Assembly: GCA_964553615.1 (NCBI GenBank)
Contig: CAZKMA010000021.1
Span: forward strand, 4,402 to 68,401
Length of the DNA: 64,000 bases
Direction: 5' to 3'
Source: an uncultured Spirochaetales bacterium
GTDB taxonomy: Bacteria > Spirochaetota > Spirochaetia > DSM-27196 > DATKUC01
Positions 42,707 through 51,547 of this stretch are shown piece after piece. Each line of letters begins with the position of its first letter. Position 1 is the stretch's first letter. Below the pieces are notes generated by a model. That model was not told where the DNA came from, did no database searches, and saw only the letters and a program-made list of their open reading frames with translations. The position numbers and the translations under genes were made by a program.

Positions 42707-44227
42707 CTACAAAAGTCGGTTTCGAATTTCTGCGCTTACATAGTCCAGGATTGCCACGGTAATTGCAATAAACCAGACGGCGATTCCTGCAGAACGATAG
42801 TCCAGAAGCCGAATATACTGCACCAGGAGGAATCCTATTCCACCGCCGCCAACTAACCCGATGACGGTGGACATTCGCACGTTGATATCCCAGCGGTAGA
42901 TCGAAAACGATATAAAGGGCGATATCATCTGCGGAATCACCGCATACATGATGGTCTGGAGCCTCCCGGCGCCGGTGGCCTGGATTGCTTCGATCGGGCC
43001 GTGGTCAATTCCCTCAATGGCCTCGGAATAGAGCTTTCCAAGCGCCGCGACCGAATGCAGCGTCAGCGCGATAATGCCGGCGAATGGTCCGAGACCAACC
43101 CACACCACCGCAATCAGCGCCCAGATCAGCGGTTCGATTGATCGGACAATATTGAGAATGGTTCGTGTTATGAAATAGATGGTCAGGGTTATCCAGGACG
43201 CGGACATTATGTTCCGTGCTGCAAGAAACGCAATGGGAATTGAGAGCAGAATACCGAAGAATGTCGCCATCATTCCCATCATGATTGTCTCGACCATGCG
43301 TGCAACGGTAAGTTTGAGCGGCTCGCTCGGGAGAGGCGGACCTGCACGGAAGATCTGCCGTGCCTCTACTATGTGGTACTGCGGCCCCTTTGCGCTGGGC
43401 GGCATGATCGCGTACGGCATGGCGAAGGTGACCGAAAAACGGCCCTTTGCATCGGTCACTACGCTCAGGTATTTTCCGTTTTCTCTCGGCTGGAAATCGT
43501 TTCCGAGCGGATCGATCCACCAGATTCCTGTCCGGGTATCCGGTTTGAAATTCCCGCCACGCAGGTGGATACGCGTCCCCGGCACGATCTGGTTGTCCTG
43601 GTCCCTGGAGGACAGATTGCCGTTCGTCGGCTCGGCAATGACGTAGGGTTTGTCGGCAATCGGCTGATTGACGGGCGGCGCAGGATACTGGTTTCCGATG
43701 AGTATCTTTGCTCCTGCTTTTACGACATTGTCCTTGTACGTAATTGCCGCTTCCCACGGCCAGAGCACCTTGGACAGCGGCCCCCATGCCTTCGGCGCTT
43801 CGGTGACCATTTTCCCTACGTTGATCTCCGAAATTTGCCATCCGAGCGCAAAGAATGCAACGAGCACTGCAATGAATACCCCGGCACCTGTTTTACGCCG
43901 TCTTTTTGCCGTACGATAGGCGTCCCACGCCGTCCAGAGCCACGCAACGAGCGTTGCGACAACGACCAGTCCCACGAAGAATGGACGGCGACCAATCGCT
44001 TTCGCGAAAATGTCCCATCCTCCGGACACGCGTGGCGCAAGGTCTATTGTTCTCCAGACCAGAAGCGCAATTATGGACATCAGAGAGCCAATGATGAGCA
44101 GTCCGCGTCCGACCTGCCGGTTCAAAATCTGTCCGAGCCCGGGGAATATGAGGGACGCAATTCCCGCAACGGGTGCAGGTGTAAGGGGTCGAACAGTGTC
44201 GTCGTTTCTCAGCTTCTGCTGCTTCAT
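42707..44227 (-). CDS. phnE: phosphonate ABC transporter permease PhnE with ~240-aa N-terminal membrane/periplasmic extension
   Basis: The C-terminal 260 aa are canonical PhnE (RSIEPLIWALIAVVWVGLGPFAGIIALTLHSVAALGKLYSEAIEGID..PIEAI.ATGA). The N-terminal half adds 3-4 TM helices and a beta-rich soluble segment. Confidence 0.85.
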   Translation of the reverse strand: MKQQKLRNDDTVRPLTPAPVAGIASLIFPGLGQILNRQVGRGLLIIGSLMSIIALLVWRTIDLAPRVSGGWDIFAKAIGRRPFFVGLVVVATLVAWLWTAWDAYRTAKRRRKTGAGVFIAVLVAFFALGWQISEINVGKMVTEAPKAWGPLSKVLWPWEAAITYKDNVVKAGAKILIGNQYPAPPVNQPIADKPYVIAEPTNGNLSSRDQDNQIVPGTRIHLRGGNFKPDTRTGIWWIDPLGNDFQPRENGKYLSVVTDAKGRFSVTFAMPYAIMPPSAKGPQYHIVEARQIFRAGPPLPSEPLKLTVARMVETIMMGMMATFFGILLSIPIAFLAARNIMSASWITLTIYFITRTILNIVRSIEPLIWALIAVVWVGLGPFAGIIALTLHSVAALGKLYSEAIEGIDHGPIEAIQATGAGRLQTIMYAVIPQMISPFISFSIYRWDINVRMSTVIGLVGGGGIGFLLVQYIRLLDYRSAGIAVWFIAITVAILDYVSAEIRNRLL

Positions 44228-45033
44228 TTTTCACCATCCTCTTCTGCTGCACTCATCCCAGTCAGCGGCCCGGTGTTTACCCGGACGGCCTCCTCGCCGT
44301 AGATTTCCTTGAACTGATCATCCGTCATCTTGCGGATGTCGTCGCGGGTGCCTTCGTACACGACGCGGCCGTCGCGCAGGCCGATAACCTGCGTTGAATA
44401 TCGCTGCACGAGGTCCAGGTAGTGAAGACTGCATATGATGGTCATGCCCTCTTCCCGGTTCAGCGTTTCCAGATAGCCGAGGATGGTGTGCGCAAGCACC
44501 GGATCGAGACTTGCCACCGGCTCATCGGCAAGAATGATTGAGGGCTGTTGCATGAGTGCTCGGGCAATTCCCACGCGCTGCTGCTGGCCTCCGGAGAGCT
44601 CGCTGGCCCGCTTCCGCGCCTGATCGGTCAATCCAACCCTCCTGAGTGCCTGCGTTGCCAGTTCACGGTCCTCCCGGGGGAATCGGTGAAGCAGACTTGT
44701 GAGGGTTCCGACGTACCCGAGCCGACCAGCCAGAACGTTTGTAAGAACACTCGACCGCCGAACCAGGTTGAAGTGTTGAAAGATCATTCCAATGCGGCGT
44801 CGTATGGTTCTGAGACCGGCGGAGTCGGCGGCTGTGACATCTGTTCCATCCCATATTATCTGGCCGCCGCTCGGCTCAATGAGCCGATTTATGCAGCGCA
44901 GAAGGGTTGATTTCCCCGATCCCGACAGTCCGATGACGACCAGGAATTCACCTTCCTTCACGGTGAAGCTTACATCCTGAAGGGCGCGCGTGCCGTCGTC
45001 ATACACTTTGGTGAGATTGCGTATTTCAAGCAT
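44224..45033 (-). CDS. phnC: phosphonate ABC transporter ATP-binding protein
   Basis: Walker [10 protein letters not shown], signature LSGGQQQR and Walker B ILADEP, with a PhnC-type N-terminus ([16 protein letters not shown]). It overlaps phnE by 4 nt. Confidence 0.9.
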   Translation of the reverse strand: MLEIRNLTKVYDDGTRALQDVSFTVKEGEFLVVIGLSGSGKSTLLRCINRLIEPSGGQIIWDGTDVTAADSAGLRTIRRRIGMIFQHFNLVRRSSVLTNVLAGRLGYVGTLTSLLHRFPREDRELATQALRRVGLTDQARKRASELSGGQQQRVGIARALMQQPSIILADEPVASLDPVLAHTILGYLETLNREEGMTIICSLHYLDLVQRYSTQVIGLRDGRVVYEGTRDDIRKMTDDQFKEIYGEEAVRVNTGPLTGMSAAEEDGEK

Positions 45034-45066
45034 GAAGTGTATCCGCTCCTATGGTTGTTGTTGGAA

Positions 45067-45103
45067 TAAAAAAGAAAGGCCACCCCGGCATGACAGGGTG
45101 TGG
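45067..45103 (-). terminator. intra-operon hairpin + U-run after phnD (attenuating terminator)
   Basis: On the minus strand, ccacaccc..ggggtgg is followed by cctttctttttta. A second hairpin (tggacggc...gccgtcca) lies just upstream of it. Confidence 0.45.
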
Positions 45104-45164
45104 AGCCGTCGGGGTAGCCTCGGACGTAATTGGACGGCAGCCAGGCGGCGGCCGTCCAGCGCCG

Positions 45165-46070
45165 TTACTTCATGAGATCTTCGATCTTGACTCCCGATGC
45201 CTGCAGCACTTGCCGGAACGGATCGTAGAAGCTGTCCCCCTGCTTTTCCAACCCGGTCCACTGATATGCCTGATTCAGCGCCTTCTTGCCCTCTTCGGTC
45301 TTTGAAATTGCGAGCAGCGCATTGGTGAGCTGGTCCTGGATGTCCTGCGGCACTCCAGGCGAAAACTGAACACCATCGTTCGGTATGTTAACGGAGACGT
45401 TAATGACCTTGACCTTGTCGTTTACGTCCGGATGGTCCTTCTTTATGCTTTGTCGCGCATCTACGAACGTCGCGCCGGCATCCACGTCTCCGTTGTAGAC
45501 AGCGGTGGCGACAGCGGTATGTCCGCCGGCGTCCACAATGCGCTTCAGATCCGTGTCCGGATTAATTCCGTTCGCCCGCATTGTGAGCTCGGGAATGATC
45601 CATCCGCTGGTAGAGAGCGGGTCAGGCCGTGCAAACGTTTTCCCCTTCAGATCTGCAAGGGTATTGATTCCACTGTTCACGTTTGCAATGATCTGACCAT
45701 TGTAGTACGGCGATCCGAACCTGACCGCTACAAGGGCGGCCTTTGCAACGCCACGGTCGGCGGCCAGAACGTATGCAAACGTGGCAAGCGAGGCCATGTG
45801 GGCCTTTGGCGGCTTGCTCGACAGCGCTTCGATGACGCCCGCATAGTCGGTAGCCACCATTACCTTCACATAGAGACCGGTCTGCTTGAGAATAAGGTCC
45901 GCAACCGAGTTCCCTCCGGCTACGATCTTCTGCGTATCCCCCGACGGTACGAACGCCCAGATGATGGGGTTCTCTTCACTTCCGAGCTTTGGCGGCTCTT
46001 TTGCCCCCGAAGCCATGGCGAGCCCGGCTACTGTTGCCAGCATAACGAGCACGACGAATACTCTCTTCAT
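45165..46070 (-). CDS. phnD: phosphate/phosphite/phosphonate ABC transporter substrate-binding protein
   Basis: Signal peptide MKRVFVVLVMLATVAGLAMA and PhnD-like blocks (FVPSGD...ATFAYV...GWIIPE). The ATG at 46070 is preceded by AGGAGG. Confidence 0.85.
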   Translation of the reverse strand: MKRVFVVLVMLATVAGLAMASGAKEPPKLGSEENPIIWAFVPSGDTQKIVAGGNSVADLILKQTGLYVKVMVATDYAGVIEALSSKPPKAHMASLATFAYVLAADRGVAKAALVAVRFGSPYYNGQIIANVNSGINTLADLKGKTFARPDPLSTSGWIIPELTMRANGINPDTDLKRIVDAGGHTAVATAVYNGDVDAGATFVDARQSIKKDHPDVNDKVKVINVSVNIPNDGVQFSPGVPQDIQDQLTNALLAISKTEEGKKALNQAYQWTGLEKQGDSFYDPFRQVLQASGVKIEDLMK

Positions 46071-46116
46071 GGCGAAACCTCCTGTGTTGTCTTGAGGACC
46101 CTGTAACCTCTCCATG

Positions 46117-47025
46117 TTATGAGAGTATTAGTGTAACAGGGAATTCCAGAATACAACAGGCTCCATTTTCATTTCGCAGCGTTAGTGACCCGTGAAAATG
46201 GGAGGCAATATCCCGTAAACACGAGAGGGAGTTCCCGACCTCTGCGGTGTCGCGCACGAACGTATCCGGAAATCCTGGCCCGCGATCGCAAAATCGGATT
46301 GTAAGCCCGTCTTCTTCGGCTGTGAGCTCGAGCGAGAACCATGGTGGAGCGTCTTTCTGTCTGCCGTACGCGAGCATATTCGAGGTCATTTTCGCAACAG
46401 CAAGTCCCAACTGAATGGCGGTTTCCGGTTCAACCGTGCAGCGATCAAACTCCGTCTCCCATTCGCCCTCTATTCCGGGTGGAAACAGATCCGGGATGAT
46501 CGTCTGGAAGTACGCGCCAAGCTCGGTTCGCGACGGAACCTGCTGGCCGTATGCACTCTCGTACAGGAGTGGGAGTATTGCGCTCGAAGAGGTGCTATCT
46601 GATCTGTCCAGCAGGGAAATCGTCTGGCGTACAGTGGCGCCGATCCTGCTGCGCAGGTAGTCCCGCTCTCCGGAAGTCTTCAAGAGTACCGATTTCAGAT
46701 CCGCCCTCTCCTGAAGAGTACGCACCAGTGTTCCAACGAGTATCCCGATGATCATGATGGCAACAAGGGGAACCATATAGTGCAGAAGGAGACTGCCGAG
46801 GGCTACACGGTCCGTCCGGGAGGCAATTACCAGGGTAACCGGCACGTTGATGACGGAAAGGAAACCGCCGGCCCAGATTCGTGAGGTCGCCGCCAGGGAA
46901 ACCGGAATCAACGCCAGGAATGCCGCCGGTATTGGCCAGGATGCAATGAGCGGGAAGAGCATGACGAATGCGATGTAGAGGATCAGTGCAACTGCAAAGC
47001 GCCAGTAGGCGCGTGACCAGTTCAT
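46117..47025 (-). CDS. membrane histidine-kinase-like protein (HisKA_2/HWE layout) lacking the phospho-acceptor His
   Basis: Four N-terminal TM helices. The DHp position reads ERDYLRSRIGATVRQTISLL where E[IL]HHRVKNNLQ.I.SLL is expected. The N-box Asn (MTSNMLAYG) and G1 (CDRGPGFP) are present. Confidence 0.65.
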   Translation of the reverse strand: MNWSRAYWRFAVALILYIAFVMLFPLIASWPIPAAFLALIPVSLAATSRIWAGGFLSVINVPVTLVIASRTDRVALGSLLLHYMVPLVAIMIIGILVGTLVRTLQERADLKSVLLKTSGERDYLRSRIGATVRQTISLLDRSDSTSSSAILPLLYESAYGQQVPSRTELGAYFQTIIPDLFPPGIEGEWETEFDRCTVEPETAIQLGLAVAKMTSNMLAYGRQKDAPPWFSLELTAEEDGLTIRFCDRGPGFPDTFVRDTAEVGNSLSCLRDIASHFHGSLTLRNENGACCILEFPVTLILS

Positions 47026-47026
47026 G

Positions 47027-48292
47027 CTATAGAGTCACCCGAATCCAGGTACCGAGTCCCGGCCGTGTACGTATTTCCAGCATTCCGCCGAGTTCCTTCA
47101 CGTTGCGGCCCACCCGCATAAGCTCCGTGCTCGGCCCATCCAGAGGGGCTGGGCCGTTCAGCCGGGCGTCGATGCATTCAATGCAGTTTTCTGATTCACA
47201 ATCAAAGCAGTATTCGAGGCCGGGCCCCGTATCCTGCACGGTTATTGACGCGCGTTCTCCTGCACGCTCAATCTCCGCGCGAATGACCGGGAGTTCACCT
47301 CGGGGAGGTAATTCGGCGACTGACGTACAGGAAGTACGAAGAACATCTTCTACAACGCTGAGGATCTTTGCGCGGGACCCCAGATAGGTCGGCTCGGCCG
47401 TTGGTTTGAACTGGAACACAATCTGTTTCCCGAACTTCGGGTCCACGCGGAAGATATAGATGGCGGACTCTGTGAGCATATTGAGATCGAGGATCTCCTG
47501 TTCGGTGTGGGAGGGTGCGGTAGTTACGTAACGAACCAGGTCGATGCGTCTGCTGATCCGTGCGACGACGTCTTCCAGGCGATCCAGCTTGTTCATATCC
47601 GGTGCATCATTCGAGTCTCGCAGTGCCTTCAATTCCCTTGTTGCCGCACTCGCCAGGTTCAAATCATTCTTCAGGTCGTGGGCAAGACCGGCGGTGTTCT
47701 TGCCGAACTCGACAAACGGCATATCTACCGCCATCTGATTTCTCAGTGCATCGCGCTCAGCGGTTGCATTTCGAAGGTCCTCCTCAAAGACGAGCCAGAG
47801 AAACATGACCACCACGGCGACCAGAATCACACCCGAAAGAAAGTTGCTGAACTCATTGTGATGAATGAGATTTCCCGCGACAAGCGCGCCGAGAGTGAGC
47901 GCTCCTATCACGCCGATCTTGATCCAGCGTCCGCGGTCGAGGAGACCGTATTTCAAGAGCAGGAAAGTGCCGATGGCGATGATTGTCTCACCTCCGGCCG
48001 CCACATCTCTCAGACTCATGATGTAAATGAGCCCTTCAACGATCAGCACTGAGACCTGAATGTACTTGCCGGCATTTTTCTCCGGAGCCAGGAACAGGAC
48101 GATGGCGAGAACGGTCGGAATGCCAACCCCGATGATTGTCGGGGAGAGCAGGATTTCCAGAATTGTTTTGTGGTTGTACAGGAGGTACCCGAACGCATCG
48201 ACGGCCATGGCGCCACCGAAGAAGAATATGAGCAGCACATTGATCTTCTGGTACTTCGTCAGACCGCCACGGGTTCGTGATCTCTCCATCAA
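47027..48292 (-). CDS. membrane sensor histidine kinase with H-box but atypical ATP-binding domain (4-Cys insert)
   Basis: Five to six TM helices and an H-box AGLAHDLKNDL. The N-box position reads VVEDVLRTS, with no Asn. G1 is QDTGPGL, followed by CFDCESENCIEC. There is no GxGxG G2 box. Confidence 0.7.
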   Translation of the reverse strand: MMERSRTRGGLTKYQKINVLLIFFFGGAMAVDAFGYLLYNHKTILEILLSPTIIGVGIPTVLAIVLFLAPEKNAGKYIQVSVLIVEGLIYIMSLRDVAAGGETIIAIGTFLLLKYGLLDRGRWIKIGVIGALTLGALVAGNLIHHNEFSNFLSGVILVAVVVMFLWLVFEEDLRNATAERDALRNQMAVDMPFVEFGKNTAGLAHDLKNDLNLASAATRELKALRDSNDAPDMNKLDRLEDVVARISRRIDLVRYVTTAPSHTEQEILDLNMLTESAIYIFRVDPKFGKQIVFQFKPTAEPTYLGSRAKILSVVEDVLRTSCTSVAELPPRGELPVIRAEIERAGERASITVQDTGPGLEYCFDCESENCIECIDARLNGPAPLDGPSTELMRVGRNVKELGGMLEIRTRPGLGTWIRVTL

Positions 48293-48353
48293 TGCTCATT
48301 ATATGGGCGCAATTTTGAATGTAAAGAGGAGATCAACCGTTCCACGAAGGACG

Positions 48354-50045
48354 CTAGAGCAGATTCCGTTCGCGGAGTCTCTTCGCAATTTGATCGAAGC
48401 TGATCCCGTACTGCTCGGCGATGTCCCTGGCGAAACTCTTGCCTTCCGGGGGACCGCTGCGGATGTGGTAGGTGCGAACGGCGGACGCCGATCCGGCGTC
48501 CTCCCGGATTCCGGCAACGAGACTTCCCAGGCGGCTTTTCCCCTGAAACTCCCGGTTCAGAGACTCGATCCGTTCAGCCAGCCCGTGAAGGTGGGTGGCA
48601 AAGATCCCGCGTGTACCGAGCACGCACAGGGCCCGAACGATATCCTCGGCAAGGTATTCGCCCTCTCCCGGGCTCGTGCTGGTCAGAGATTCGTTCAACA
48701 GAATGACCGAACGACTGGTAATCTCTTCAAACATGCGTGCAAACCGTTCTGCCTCTTCGCCGAGCCTGCCGGTATTCAGCAGCCCGCGTTCTTCCGCAGG
48801 GAAATGAGTCACAATCCAGTCGGCCGGGCTCAATGCAGCCGAACGTGCAGGAACGAAGATGCCGCACTGGGCAAGTACCTGGAGTAAGCCGATTCCTTGA
48901 GTGAAGGTTGTCTTTCCGCCCTGGTTGGGCCCGGTGAGAATCTGGATTCTGCTCTCATCGTTGAAATATGCGCTATTCAGCACCAGGTCTTCTGAAATGT
49001 CGGGCGGGGCCTGCCCATGCGCATCGTGGGGCACAAGACGGAGAGCCAGGACGATATTGTAAAAGTCCGCAGCTTCCAGATGGCGGTCGTCGATGGGCCG
49101 GATCGCCGGCTTGCACACCGGGAGCCCCGCCTTCTCGATTGTCTGGAGCAGGGTCAATGCTCCGAGGTAGAATGCCGCTTCATGCTGGAGCGTTTTCAGG
49201 ACTGCAGTGTTCGTCGTGATGTAGCGGTTGAGAACCCGGACCATGGGCCGGACGGTGGAACCAAGAAGCTGCTCCAGATCCTGAAACAACGGCGCAAGAG
49301 GGACCTTGAGCCGCGGATCGTGTGCGTATTCGTCTGGAACCGGGGATGAATGCAGTGGAGTGGAAGTCTTGAATGCGTCGTCATCCGGCCGTCCGAAGAG
49401 TCGGGGAAGCAGAGACTTCTCCTGGTACTCCTGTTCGTTGATGGAGATCAGCGTCGCATCCACCGGACGAAGACGTTCGTCCAGATTAATGCCGATCGTG
49501 ACGCTTCGCTTGCGGCGCAATCCCTCCCGCAGGGTCGGAAGCTCCCGACGAAGGCTCACGAACTGGTCCGTGCGCGTCGTTTTCTCCAGATGGTCACGCA
49601 GGAGAAGCAGACCCTGCGAACGGACCTCCGAATCAACGTGATGAAATGCCTCGTGGAGAGTATCCAGACACTCCACGTACAGTTCGAGCTCGCCGAGTCG
49701 CCAGATAGCCTCCTGAAGGGGAGAGCGGGAATCCCGCCGCGTATCCGCGAAAAGCGCAATCTCGCTGATTTTCGGAATAATCTGATGGAACGCGGTCGCT
49801 ATTGCGGGAGATCGGTACAGGTCCTCGAATATGTCCTGGCGGTATCGAATTACGGCTTCTTCTGTCGGTGGCGAGGAGAGGATCTCGAGTACGTGCTGGT
49901 AGTTTATCCCCTCCCGGCTCATTCTCCGGGCAATCTCATCGAGCCCGAGGTCTTTTACGGTCTCATCGGCCAATTGCCGGGAATTGACGCGAGCCTCCGC
50001 CTGTTGTGGAAAGAGGAGACTTGTTCGAAACGCATCTTGTCGCAC
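48354..50045 (-). CDS. MutS-related ATPase (MutS domains III + V only; no mismatch-binding or Smr domain)
   Basis: Walker A TGPNQGGKTTF, then Walker B ILLNE and TH..L as in the MutS ATPase domain. The helical N-terminal core is MutS_III-like. GTG start. Confidence 0.8.
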   Translation of the reverse strand: MRQDAFRTSLLFPQQAEARVNSRQLADETVKDLGLDEIARRMSREGINYQHVLEILSSPPTEEAVIRYRQDIFEDLYRSPAIATAFHQIIPKISEIALFADTRRDSRSPLQEAIWRLGELELYVECLDTLHEAFHHVDSEVRSQGLLLLRDHLEKTTRTDQFVSLRRELPTLREGLRRKRSVTIGINLDERLRPVDATLISINEQEYQEKSLLPRLFGRPDDDAFKTSTPLHSSPVPDEYAHDPRLKVPLAPLFQDLEQLLGSTVRPMVRVLNRYITTNTAVLKTLQHEAAFYLGALTLLQTIEKAGLPVCKPAIRPIDDRHLEAADFYNIVLALRLVPHDAHGQAPPDISEDLVLNSAYFNDESRIQILTGPNQGGKTTFTQGIGLLQVLAQCGIFVPARSAALSPADWIVTHFPAEERGLLNTGRLGEEAERFARMFEEITSRSVILLNESLTSTSPGEGEYLAEDIVRALCVLGTRGIFATHLHGLAERIESLNREFQGKSRLGSLVAGIREDAGSASAVRTYHIRSGPPEGKSFARDIAEQYGISFDQIAKRLRERNLL

Positions 50046-50055
50046 ACTATAAACT

Positions 50056-50090
50056 ACAGCAGCACCGTGCTGCTGTCAAAAGACAGCAGC
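50056..50090. promoter_or_regulatory. two mutually exclusive perfect hairpins sharing the segment GCTGCTGT
   Basis: acagcagcac/gtgctgctgt (50056-50076) and gctgctgtc-aaaa-gacagcagc (50069-50090) overlap in the central arm. They lie between the BON stop and the MutS-like start. Confidence 0.5.
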
Positions 50091-50140
50091 GGAAAACAAC
50101 TGCGTCGAGGTATAGGCGTGAGCAGGCGTGCAAACCGCGG

Positions 50141-50395
50141 TCAGGCGGTTCTGGAATTCGTCCGGTTCTTAACTGCGAGGTCGTTCTGGACCTCAATATC
50201 GGGCCCGGCCGCTCCCCGAGAGGTTCGCGACACATGCTCCTTTTCTTCTTCCGTGTTCACGGATCCGAAGATGTGGAGGACCGATTTCTTGCGAAAGAGC
50301 GAGCCAACTTTCCGTTCTTCGATGTTGACATTTGTTGAGTGAATCAGGGGATCGTTGGCCAGCTCATCCAGTATGCGTCTGATGAGCTCGTTCAT
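50141..50395 (-). CDS. BON domain protein (84 aa)
   Basis: MNELIRRILDELANDPLI.STNVNIEE......L.GSVNTEEEKE...........V.NDL fits the BON pattern. The ATG at 50395 is preceded by AGGGGGA. Confidence 0.65.
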   Translation of the reverse strand: MNELIRRILDELANDPLIHSTNVNIEERKVGSLFRKKSVLHIFGSVNTEEEKEHVSRTSRGAAGPDIEVQNDLAVKNRTNSRTA

Positions 50396-50481
50396 AGTAT
50401 TCCCCCTGAGATTATTATAAACCTCAATGGCGGAATGCGCACGAAAAAACACGTTCCGCGGTTCCAGGCATCTGCTCCGTG

Positions 50482-50510
50482 TTGACAGCGAAACAGCTTC
50501 CGAAGATAAT
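50482..50510 (+). promoter_or_regulatory. near-consensus sigma70 promoter for tRNA-Val (TTGACA-17 nt-GATAAT)
   Basis: TTGACA at 50482-50487 and GATAAT at 50505-50510, with an exact 17-nt spacer, about 40 nt upstream of the tRNA 5' end. Confidence 0.65.
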
Positions 50511-50549
50511 ATCCTCGTATGACCGTCCGAACCGGGGAGCGGTTTTCGT

Positions 50550-50621
50550 GGGCGATTAACTCAGTGGGAGAGTGCTTCCTTCACACGGAAGAAGTCAGCA
50601 GTTCAAATCTGCTATCGCCCA
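50550..50621 (+). tRNA. tRNA-Val (anticodon CAC)
   Basis: Manual cloverleaf fold. Acceptor GGGCGAT/ATCGCCC, D arm ACTC-AGTGGGA-GAGT, and anticodon arm CTTCC-TTCACAC-GGAAG. Variable loop AAGTC, T arm AGCAG-TTCAAAT-CTGCT, discriminator A. The 3' CCA is not encoded. Confidence 0.9.
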
Positions 50622-50695
50622 CGAAGGCCGTAGCCTCCCCGGCCCAGTCTGCAAATCCCTCAATGATTCATGGCCACACCTGCTGCCCACCGACG

Positions 50696-50704
50696 TGATA
50701 CAAT
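50696..50704 (+). promoter_or_regulatory. extended -10 element (TGaTACAAT) upstream of the SDR gene
   Basis: TG at 50696-50697 and TACAAT at 50699-50704, 22 nt upstream of the TTG start at 50726. No good -35 is present. Confidence 0.35.
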
Positions 50705-50725
50705 GTTCGTACGGGAGACAAGCCA

Positions 50726-51547
50726 TTGGCAGATCAGGCATTGCGCGGCAAAGCAGTAGTTGTGACCGGTTCGAGCCGCGGCATTGGACGCGAGACGGCA
50801 CTTCGTTTGGGACTGCTCGGTGCCGGTGTCGTCATAAACGGCCGTGATACGGCTGTGCTCGAAAGGTCACGGGATTATCTTCTCCAACACGGCGTAGATG
50901 TGAATGTCTGCCAGGGCGATGTGACCAATCCTGAGGACTGTCGACGGCTGGTAGAGACGTGCGTAACCCGCTATGGAAGACTCGATGTATTGGTAAACAA
51001 CGCGGGAGTATCCATGCGAGGCACGTTTTCCGACCTCGTTCCTGAGGTGGTCGATCGCGTGTTGACCACAAACATTGCCGGAGCAGTGCTTCCATCCGTT
51101 GCTGCAATGTCCGAGCTCCGCAGGTCCGGCGGCTCGATCGTCTTCATCTCAAGTCTCGCGGCACTGCGCGGTTTCCCCGGAGTCTCTATCTACTCGGCGG
51201 CAAAGATGTCACTGACCGCAATTGCCCAATCCCTCGAAGCTGAGTTGTATGGTTCGGGCGTCCATGTCGGGATCGTCTATCTCGGTTTCACCGAGAATGA
51301 TCCCGAAAAGCGTTCCCTCTCCTCCGACGGATCGGAGATTTCCGTTCGGAGGAGGGCGCACATGACACAGGCTCAGGCTGCCGAACGTATTGTCAGCCTG
51401 GTGCTCCGGAGGAAACGGACTAGTGTCCTGACCATCGAGGGCCGACTTCTGGGTTTGCTTCAGAGGATGTTCCCGCGGCTCGTTCAGTTTGTCATGAACC
51501 GGTCCGGGGGGAAGATTCACCTGGAGGCAAACCATGACCGACCTTGA
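50726..51547 (+). CDS. short-chain dehydrogenase/reductase (SDR)
   Basis: TTG start. VVVTGSSRGIGRETA (TGxxxGxG), NNAG, and catalytic S...YSAAK. Confidence 0.85.
   Translation: MADQALRGKAVVVTGSSRGIGRETALRLGLLGAGVVINGRDTAVLERSRDYLLQHGVDVNVCQGDVTNPEDCRRLVETCVTRYGRLDVLVNNAGVSMRGTFSDLVPEVVDRVLTTNIAGAVLPSVAAMSELRRSGGSIVFISSLAALRGFPGVSIYSAAKMSLTAIAQSLEAELYGSGVHVGIVYLGFTENDPEKRSLSSDGSEISVRRRAHMTQAQAAERIVSLVLRRKRTSVLTIEGRLLGLLQRMFPRLVQFVMNRSGGKIHLEANHDRP

Noticed and set aside
43373-44302. 309-aa plus-strand ORF
   Set aside because: It is antisense to phnE/phnC. The composition is Arg-rich and there are no motifs.
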